Below are positions 57,416-64,000 of a stretch of 64,000 nt of DNA, in pieces. A program made the position numbers and the translations under genes. The stretch is from the IMG/VR virus record IMGVR_UViG_3300035698_019136, positions 35,573-99,572 of that record. One strand, written 5' to 3'. Position 1 is the stretch's first letter. The number at the start of each line of letters is the position of its first letter. Origin of the DNA: a virus (Duplodnaviria > Heunggongvirae > Uroviricota > Caudoviricetes). The notes beneath the pieces were generated by a model. It was not told the DNA's origin, ran no database searches, and was given only the letters and a program-made list of their open reading frames with translations.

Positions 57416-58506
57416 AAGATTTAATTAAGGATTACGAACTGGTAAAAGAAGATTTAATTTTAACAAAGGGATCAAAAGTAAAAATAGACCCCAAAAAACC
57501 TACTATTATGTTTGTAGGATGGCATACTTGTATTAGAGCAATAAAGGAGGCAACTGTTCTAGCTAAATTGGGATATCGAATAGGGCTAATTACTAATAGA
57601 ATTCCTGATAATACTGATATGTTTGACAAAGTGTATTGCTATCAAGGGGATGTGCAGTTAAAAAAGGAATTAAAGGATGCTGAAGGGGAATATGATATAT
57701 TTCACGTTCATAATGAACCGAATGCTCTTATGATCAGAACGGCAGAAGTAGTAAAGAAGAAACCTATTATTTTTGATATCCACGATTTAAATATTTTACG
57801 AAAAGGACATTGTAGAGAGGATGAGATTTTAGCTATTTCAAGGTCTGATGCTATGGTTCATGTATCTGAACATATTTCAGATTTTATAGTGGATTTATAT
57901 GATTATAAAAAGCCTTCTATTACAATAGCTTCCAGATGCCCTATAGATTTTCAAATAGAAGATAAAGGAGATCCTAGAGCAGACGTAGTATATGAAGGGG
58001 GATTGAGATTACCGGAAGATTTGCAGGATTTCAGTTACCGAGATATATTTCCAATATGTTATGCTTTTACACAACAGGGTTTTAGGTTCCATTACTATGG
58101 ATATATGGATAACCAGATTGCTACTAAGTACGCAGATTGTGGGATGATTATGCAAGGAGGGCGGAAATATAAGAGTTTATTGAAAGCTTTAGCTAAATTC
58201 AAATGGGGATGGTCTGGATTTATCCAAGATCCTCCTAAAAGACATATTCGTTGGGCACTTACAAATAAATTCTGGGAGTATATAAACTGTGGAACTCCGG
58301 TATTAGTGTATAACACTGAAACTCAAGCAGAAATAGTGGAGAAATACAAAATTGGTATAGTTATAAGAGGGTTAAAGGGTTTAAAGGAGCAGATAGAGGC
58401 TTATGATTGGGATGAACTCCATGATAATGTATTGAAAAATAGGAATAAGCTGGCAATGGATAACAATATTCAGCCACTTGTAGATTTATATGAGAAATTG
58501 AGATAA
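57412..58506 (+). CDS. putative GT-B glycosyltransferase (paralog of 29206-30243)
   Basis: FHVHNEPNALMIRTAEVV...IFDIHDLNILRKG is shared with the 29206 gene. Confidence 0.45.
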   Translation: MKDLIKDYELVKEDLILTKGSKVKIDPKKPTIMFVGWHTCIRAIKEATVLAKLGYRIGLITNRIPDNTDMFDKVYCYQGDVQLKKELKDAEGEYDIFHVHNEPNALMIRTAEVVKKKPIIFDIHDLNILRKGHCREDEILAISRSDAMVHVSEHISDFIVDLYDYKKPSITIASRCPIDFQIEDKGDPRADVVYEGGLRLPEDLQDFSYRDIFPICYAFTQQGFRFHYYGYMDNQIATKYADCGMIMQGGRKYKSLLKALAKFKWGWSGFIQDPPKRHIRWALTNKFWEYINCGTPVLVYNTETQAEIVEKYKIGIVIRGLKGLKEQIEAYDWDELHDNVLKNRNKLAMDNNIQPLVDLYEKLR

Positions 58507-58587
58507 GATTGAAGAGACCTTAGTATACTTTGAGGGGGAATAGGGGTATAATATAAGGTATAGAATTGTTTAAATTAAGGAAGGGAT

Positions 58588-60591
58588 TTGATGAATAGGA
58601 ACACTATTAAAATTTATATCATTTGGATTATATTAGTATTATCCTCGTTTCTAGCCAGAAGTGGGCATTGTGCTACTTATTATGTAGATTATTCAAGTGG
58701 TAGTAATAGCTCAAACGGATTGACCGAATCAACCGCTTGGAAAACACTTGATTATATGGACGACCAGGCATATACACCTGGCGATAATATAAACCTGAAA
58801 AAAGGTGAGGAGTGGAGGGAGACATTAACAGTACCTTCAACCGGGGATGCCACAGGACGAATTACTATTGGAACATACGATACAGGTGCAGACCCTATTA
58901 TAAATGGTGCTGATATAATGACTGGTTGGACACAACTTTTGGATGAAGATATTTGGTATACTCCAACGGCTACCAGTGCCGAGGTTGTTATCTTTGATAC
59001 GGATGAAGTAGGTAGTGATCGTACTGGTGAGATTGTAAGTGGAACATCTGCAAGTACAATCCTAGTGGCTGAGTATGATTGGTCATACAGTGATGGTGAT
59101 GATGCTTTATATATCTACTCTGAACAAGACCCCGACAACAGTACAACCTATGCTGCAACTGTGGAGGCCTCACAAAGAATTTATGGTATTCTATTTAATA
59201 AGAGAATGGATTTTATAACCATTGATGGGATTCATCTGAAAAATCATGGAGGACTTCACTCAAGACATGCCCTAACTATAAACGTGGGTCGACCTGGTGC
59301 TATTGGTGAATACTGGGCGGATGCTCCATATTCTACTGATAATATTATTAGAAATTGTACCTTTACAAACAACAAGGCAGCAATATGTGTGCTAAATGCC
59401 ATTGCCGGAACTGGTGGTGATAGGTGGTTAATAGAAAACAATACCATTGTTGGGATTCCGAATAGAGGCGGGAATCGAGCAGTTGAATATTCTACGGGGA
59501 TTTATCTTGGAGGTGCTAGTAACATGACTATTTCTAATAATACAATGTCCTATTTGTGGAAGAGTATTCTTACTGTTTATTATGGGAGCTATATTACTAT
59601 AGACAATAATGACGTGTCTCATTATGGTGAATTAGGCATAGATATGCCCCAAGTTGGTGGTGATTATTTTACTGTTACCAACAATACGTTACGGTACCCA
59701 GAAATGAATTGGGATGCTATTCAAGTAGCACCAAGAGCCAGCCCTCAACATGTACTCTTTTCTGGCAATAAGTTTTATCAGGAAGGGAGTTCTTTTGGTG
59801 ATAGTGCGTTTATTATAGATATGTTTGATGATGGGAAAGCAACGATAATTGATAATTACGTTGAAGGCGTCCATTGCTTTGGGATGTGGGTACTTGGTGG
59901 TGATGGTCATACTATAAGTAGAAATCGCTTTAAGGATTGCGGATACGATTGTTATTCTGGAGCACTTTGGACAGAAGGAGTAATGGCAATAGTTAGTAGA
60001 AGTTGGATAGGTAGTGATCGCATGGCATCGAACCATGTAGTATCATATAACATATTGGATAATTGCTCTAGGGGCATTTATCTGGACGAAAGTATTGTTG
60101 GTACTCCATCAGGGCATAAATTTTACAACAACGTAATCAAGGTTAAGGCTGAATCGCCAGGGGTGAGTATTTATGATTTTGGATTTAAAATAAATGGTAC
60201 TTTCTCTGATACCGAGTTTAAAAATAACATTATTTATGACAATGGAGGAACAACCTATTTTGTGGTTGTAATTTCAGGGGCAGAAACAGGATTTGATTCA
60301 GATAACAATTTATTCTACGGTGACTCTGAGTGGTTATGGGTAGCAGATGGGACAGATACTACCTTAGCAGAATGGCAAGCTGGCTCAGGTGGTGATGCCG
60401 ACTCCAAATTTAAAGACCCACTATTCAAAGACCCAAGTTTTCAGTTGAGTCGATGGAGTCCGGCTATTGATAAAGGAATATATATAAAAGGATTAGATTT
60501 AGATTTCATAGGACGAAGAATTGATAAATTAAGACCTGATATTGGGCCTTATGAATTTATAAAACCACAACAATATGATGAGGAGGATTGA
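58588..60591 (+). CDS. secreted right-handed parallel beta-helix (pectin-lyase-fold) protein
   Basis: Signal-peptide-like N-terminus then ATYYVDYSSGSNSSNG. Repeated IxNNTI/SNNT beta-helix rungs. Confidence 0.6.
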   Translation: MMNRNTIKIYIIWIILVLSSFLARSGHCATYYVDYSSGSNSSNGLTESTAWKTLDYMDDQAYTPGDNINLKKGEEWRETLTVPSTGDATGRITIGTYDTGADPIINGADIMTGWTQLLDEDIWYTPTATSAEVVIFDTDEVGSDRTGEIVSGTSASTILVAEYDWSYSDGDDALYIYSEQDPDNSTTYAATVEASQRIYGILFNKRMDFITIDGIHLKNHGGLHSRHALTINVGRPGAIGEYWADAPYSTDNIIRNCTFTNNKAAICVLNAIAGTGGDRWLIENNTIVGIPNRGGNRAVEYSTGIYLGGASNMTISNNTMSYLWKSILTVYYGSYITIDNNDVSHYGELGIDMPQVGGDYFTVTNNTLRYPEMNWDAIQVAPRASPQHVLFSGNKFYQEGSSFGDSAFIIDMFDDGKATIIDNYVEGVHCFGMWVLGGDGHTISRNRFKDCGYDCYSGALWTEGVMAIVSRSWIGSDRMASNHVVSYNILDNCSRGIYLDESIVGTPSGHKFYNNVIKVKAESPGVSIYDFGFKINGTFSDTEFKNNIIYDNGGTTYFVVVISGAETGFDSDNNLFYGDSEWLWVADGTDTTLAEWQAGSGGDADSKFKDPLFKDPSFQLSRWSPAIDKGIYIKGLDLDFIGRRIDKLRPDIGPYEFIKPQQYDEED

Positions 60592-61031
60592 AGATGAAAA
60601 AATTGTTTTTAAGTATGTTAGTTGTAGCACTATTAAGTTTCCCTGTTTATGCTAAGGATACAATTCATATTCTTACATTTAGTATAGATGATGTAGGAAC
60701 AGGAGCTGATTCAGCAAAAACCGCTTTGCGGATACCTGCAAAACAATGTAAAATGATATTATTGACAGGAGGAATGGAGCAAGGAGAATCAGGGACAAGC
60801 TATGATTTACATCTGTATAGTGATAATGTTGCTGCTACAGAGCAGGAGGATATTATATATCCAATAAATAATGTGACTACAGGATATTACAATGATGTTA
60901 TTCCTCAAATGATTCGTTCTAATGCTACTTCAGGAAATTATATTTATTGGAAGATTACAAATGATGGAAATGAATCGGATTATTCATTCGAAATGCATCT
61001 TATTCCGTGGCCATCTGTAACTTATCCATAA
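60588..61031 (+). CDS. secreted protein with signal peptide
   Basis: MKKLFLSMLVVALLSFPVYAKD. Confidence 0.4.
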   Translation: MKMKKLFLSMLVVALLSFPVYAKDTIHILTFSIDDVGTGADSAKTALRIPAKQCKMILLTGGMEQGESGTSYDLHLYSDNVAATEQEDIIYPINNVTTGYYNDVIPQMIRSNATSGNYIYWKITNDGNESDYSFEMHLIPWPSVTYP

Positions 61032-61045
61032 GGAAGTGATTTTAA

Positions 61046-61432
61046 ATGTCTTTTTCGTACAACTCAGATAGTCCTACAAAAAGGGATAAACTCAGGTATC
61101 TTTTAGGGGATACTAATCGAGAGCAATATATCAATGAAGATTCTGAATTGAATATGGCTTTATCTCAAAATGATAATAATATCAATATGGCTGCTGCATT
61201 TTGTTGTAGAGCAATAGCAATGAGTAGAATAAAAGTAGCGATGGTAGTCAAATTGATGGATGATATATCTATAGATAAATCCAAGATCCCGGCTTTGTAT
61301 ATGAAGTTAGCTAGTACATTTGAGTCTGGTGAGAGAAATGAACCTGTAGAATATTGGGATTCAGCAGATGTGAATGTAGATAGTCTAGGGGTTGACTGGT
61401 CGGAATATATTTCTGATAATGAGCTGCTATGA
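61046..61432 (+). CDS. hypothetical protein (possible head-tail connector)
   Basis: Call from position only. Confidence 0.25.
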   Translation: MSFSYNSDSPTKRDKLRYLLGDTNREQYINEDSELNMALSQNDNNINMAAAFCCRAIAMSRIKVAMVVKLMDDISIDKSKIPALYMKLASTFESGERNEPVEYWDSADVNVDSLGVDWSEYISDNELL

Positions 61433-62112
61433 ATTATTGTTTAGAGTGTGGCAAAGAAGTTAAATTAAAAACTACAAAATTATGTAGAAGTTGTAGACAA
61501 AAAGGAACTAGAAATCATGCTTATAAAGGAATAAGAGCTTATTGTAAAATTTGTGGAGTAGAATTATCTAAAATTTCATATACTCGATGTGTTAAACATT
61601 CATATACTAAAGAAAGAAGAAAAAAACAAGTTTTGAATACTATAAGAATACATACAGGAAAAAAACGTTCAGAAGAAACTAAAATGAAATTGAAAGAAGC
61701 ATGGAATACAAGACGATTAACTCCTGTAAGTGAAGAAACTAGAAAAAAATTAAGTATTGCTCATAAAGGAGAAAAAAATTATTGGTATGGACGAAAGGGG
61801 GGGTGCACTCCTAACTGGCTAGGCGGGAAATCTTTTGAGCCTTATGGATTAGAATTTAATGATGAATTAAGGGAGGAAGTAAGAGAACGAGATAATCACA
61901 CTTGTCAGTTATGTAACAAAAAGAAAGAAGAAAATAACCAAAAATTGAGTATTCATCATATTGATTATGATAAAAAGAATAATAAGGAAAAGAATTTAAT
62001 TACTTTATGCAATTCTTGTCATTCAAAAACAAATTTTCAACGGGCTTTTTGGTTGGGGTTTTTATTAGGAGCAATAAATGCGAGATACAACTATAGATTT
62101 ATTAACAGCTAA
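61429..62112 (+). CDS. HNH homing endonuclease with NUMOD3 motifs and N-terminal zinc ribbons
   Basis: CLECGK...CRSCR and CKICG...C zinc ribbons. NUMOD3-like HTGKKRSEETKMKL and IAHKGEKNYWYGRKG. HNH core HTCQLCN...HHIDYD...N...CNSCH. Confidence 0.65.
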   Translation: MNYCLECGKEVKLKTTKLCRSCRQKGTRNHAYKGIRAYCKICGVELSKISYTRCVKHSYTKERRKKQVLNTIRIHTGKKRSEETKMKLKEAWNTRRLTPVSEETRKKLSIAHKGEKNYWYGRKGGCTPNWLGGKSFEPYGLEFNDELREEVRERDNHTCQLCNKKKEENNQKLSIHHIDYDKKNNKEKNLITLCNSCHSKTNFQRAFWLGFLLGAINARYNYRFINS

Positions 62113-62695
62113 TGATATATTAAATATTAAATCTGACATGTCAGATTTAATTAATGATCCCCAGTTTCGAGTTTCGATAATTCTAGGAAAGAAAGCAGAA
62201 GGTTCGTATGCTCCGAGTACGGGAGTGAAAACAGAAACATGGACAAGAGATATTCTTTACGCTATACGGGGAAATCCTTTTAGAGAGCATAATCTTGAAG
62301 GGGCTTTCGAAGTAGGAGATATTATATTTTTAGTCAGATATGATGATTATATAGACGATTTAGGAGTAGAGGTAGATATAGGGGATCAGTTGTTAGAACT
62401 TAGATATGCTACGGGAACGGCAGATGTTATCAAAGATTCAACCGCTGTCACAGGAAATGGAACAAGTTGGCTTATAAATGTAGGAAAAGGAGATTATTTT
62501 AGGTTAAAATATGAAACTGATTTTTATGGAATTAGTGCTATAGCATCCAATACTTCAATTACATTAGCATCAAATTATACAAATGCCACTAAAACAGGAT
62601 ATCCTTATGAAGTATATCTGAGATGGCAGATTATTAATGTTATACCAGACCCATTGAATGTATTGAGAAAAATGCATTGTAGAAGAGTGATGTAG
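62078..62695 (+). CDS. hypothetical protein (structural/neck candidate)
   Basis: ORF. Confidence 0.3.
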   Translation: MRDTTIDLLTANDILNIKSDMSDLINDPQFRVSIILGKKAEGSYAPSTGVKTETWTRDILYAIRGNPFREHNLEGAFEVGDIIFLVRYDDYIDDLGVEVDIGDQLLELRYATGTADVIKDSTAVTGNGTSWLINVGKGDYFRLKYETDFYGISAIASNTSITLASNYTNATKTGYPYEVYLRWQIINVIPDPLNVLRKMHCRRVM

Positions 62696-62709
62696 GAGAT
62701 GGTGCTCTA

Positions 62710-63213
62710 GTGTCCAAGGATTTGATGACAGTAAAGATGGAGACAAAACATTTTAACAAATTTGTAAAAAAGTTTGTTAAACAATCTAGTCTTGGTACTG
62801 AAATTATAATTAGAAAAATAGCTTTAGATTTACTGAGAAGAATTATTATGAAAAATCCTGTAGATACAGGGAGGTCAAGAGCAGGATGGTACGCATCTAT
62901 GATAGGTTTGAAAGGCCAATGGAAGGATGAGGGAAGAGACCCAGCCCAACAGACTGTAGGAAAGATAAAAGGAAGATTTGTAAATCATTTAAAAGGATAC
63001 AATAATAAATATGTAACTTTAATTAATGGAATTTATTATACTTTATATTTGGAATATGGAAGTTCAAAGCAAGCTTCAGCAGGATTTGTAAGAGTTGCAA
63101 TGCGTGAAATGCAAGGAACATTACCAAAAGAAATAATGAGAAAATACAAAATAATATGGGATAAAGAATCAGGCAAAGTAAAAGCATTATCAAAAATAAG
63201 GGTAGTGAAATAA
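62710..63213 (+). CDS. HK97 gp10-family head-tail joining protein candidate
   Basis: PVDTGRSRAGWY resembles the VDTGxLRxS motif of this family. Confidence 0.45.
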   Translation: MSKDLMTVKMETKHFNKFVKKFVKQSSLGTEIIIRKIALDLLRRIIMKNPVDTGRSRAGWYASMIGLKGQWKDEGRDPAQQTVGKIKGRFVNHLKGYNNKYVTLINGIYYTLYLEYGSSKQASAGFVRVAMREMQGTLPKEIMRKYKIIWDKESGKVKALSKIRVVK

Positions 63214-63696
63214 ATGGCTTTAAAAGCAAGCGGGAAAATGGAAAATGTGAAAGCATCACTTGAGACTTATCTGTATGCTAATCTTGTTACTACAGAAAGT
63301 CTTAAAGTAGATTGGGCTGGGGGACAAGGAATAGACACAGAGAATGAAAATGAGTGGGTAATGCCTAATATATTAATAGGGGGAAAAGATTATCTAAGAC
63401 AAGTAACAAGCACTACTAAAGGTAATAATGTAGATTTCATTTTGAATATAAATATATTTTTGAGGAAAGGTTCTACTACTAATTATCATAGACTCGCAGA
63501 ATTGCGGGATATTGTAGCAAATTATTTTCAGGAGGATCAATTAATTGCTTTTACTGATTATAAAACTACGGGGAATCCCAGGATAGGTAGTTTTATAGTA
63601 CGAGAGATAATGACAGATCAAGAGATTCCATCAATAGAAAAAAAACTTTTTCAATGGAATTTTTCTCCCAGACTTGTGGGGATAATGGAGCATTAA
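63214..63696 (+). CDS. hypothetical protein (tail/neck candidate)
   Basis: ORF immediately after the gp10-like gene. Confidence 0.3.
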   Translation: MALKASGKMENVKASLETYLYANLVTTESLKVDWAGGQGIDTENENEWVMPNILIGGKDYLRQVTSTTKGNNVDFILNINIFLRKGSTTNYHRLAELRDIVANYFQEDQLIAFTDYKTTGNPRIGSFIVREIMTDQEIPSIEKKLFQWNFSPRLVGIMEH

Positions 63697-63706
63697 TATG
63701 AATTAT

Positions 63707-64000
63707 TGTTTAGATTGTGGGAAAAAAGTGAAAGGGGCTAGATGTAGAACTTGTAATAATAAATCTAGAACAGGTGCTAATCATCCGATGTTTGGGAAAA
63801 AGCATTCAGAGGAATCTAAGAAACAAATTATAAGGACATTGAAAAAAAGATATGAAACAGAAGATCATAAACTAAAAGGAAGAAAGCAAAGTAAAGAGCA
63901 CATACAAAAACGATTTGAAACTATGAAGTTTGATGATGCTTACAGAGAAAAAATGAGTATCATTAGTAGAAGAACTTATTATGAAGGAAAAGTAGATAAA
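63707..64000 (+). CDS. NUMOD3-containing homing endonuclease paralog (partial, runs off the window)
   Basis: MNYCLDCGKKV...CRTCNN zinc ribbon and GKKHSEESKKQI NUMOD3 motif. The N-terminus parallels 61429. Confidence 0.5.

Noticed and set aside
28598-60591. Island as a conventional O-antigen/capsule seroconversion locus
   Set aside because: No Wzx/Wzy/Wzz, no ABC exporter, no WbaP/WecA-type initiating transferase and no multi-pass membrane proteins were recognised. Hence the protein-glycosylation interpretation. The alternative stays open until TM and HMM analysis is run.
1-64000. Minus-strand ORFs in the six-frame track (60-130 aa)
   Set aside because: Every one lies entirely inside a convincing + strand gene, lacks an RBS and is low-complexity or hydrophobic as expected from AT-rich antisense. 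No minus-strand gene is supported.

Overview
The window is an AT-rich (roughly one-third GC by eye), very gene-dense stretch. Every convincing gene is on the + strand, and nearly all are preceded by strong GGAGG-type Shine-Dalgarno sequences. Sigma-A-like TTGACA/TATAAT promoters are also visible. The content is that of a large tailed bacteriophage, or a prophage-derived element, probably of a low-GC Gram-positive (Firmicutes-like) host. Four parts can be distinguished.

(i) 1-8.6 kb holds an auxiliary region. It contains a Tat-signal ORF overlapping a Gfo/Idh/MocA oxidoreductase, an SbcD/Mre11-like metallophosphoesterase, an orphan Rad50/SMC-like ATPase C-terminal domain, tandem paralogs and many small Cys-rich proteins.

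(ii) 8.9-14.2 kb holds a packaging and head module: large terminase, portal, and an SPP1 gp7/Mu F-like head morphogenesis protein.

(iii) 16.7-23.1 kb starts with a 26-bp x5.5 iteron-like tandem array next to consensus sigma-A promoters. This leads into a block of about 20 small genes, each preceded by a conserved stop+SD intergenic cassette. The block is bracketed by a 17-bp inverted repeat. A prohead-protease/scaffold fusion, a putative decoration protein and an HK97-fold major capsid gene (23.5-26.3 kb) follow.

(iv) 28.6-60.6 kb is the headline observation: an approximately 30-kb glycan-biosynthesis and glycan-tailoring island of about 35 genes. It contains at least 10 glycosyltransferases (GT2, GT4, GT9-like, CgeB-like), two B12-binding radical SAM enzymes and a SPASM radical SAM enzyme. 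It also contains about 7 SAM methyltransferases (FkbM and CmcI types), UDP-galactopyranose mutase, two PIG-L deacetylases and two CelD/FemAB-like GNATs. A sulfotransferase-like protein, a protein-kinase-fold protein, an embedded tRNA and a terminal signal-peptide beta-helix protein complete it. No Wzx/Wzy/ABC exporter or polyprenyl-phosphate priming transferase is present. This argues for a cytoplasmic, lipid-carrier-independent glycosylation system, for example decoration of virion proteins, inserted between the capsid gene and the neck genes. Those neck genes (HK97 gp10-like, 61-63.7 kb) are flanked by two HNH/NUMOD3 homing endonucleases.

No CRISPR array and no rRNA were seen. All functional calls rest on motif recognition by eye and need a homology search to confirm.
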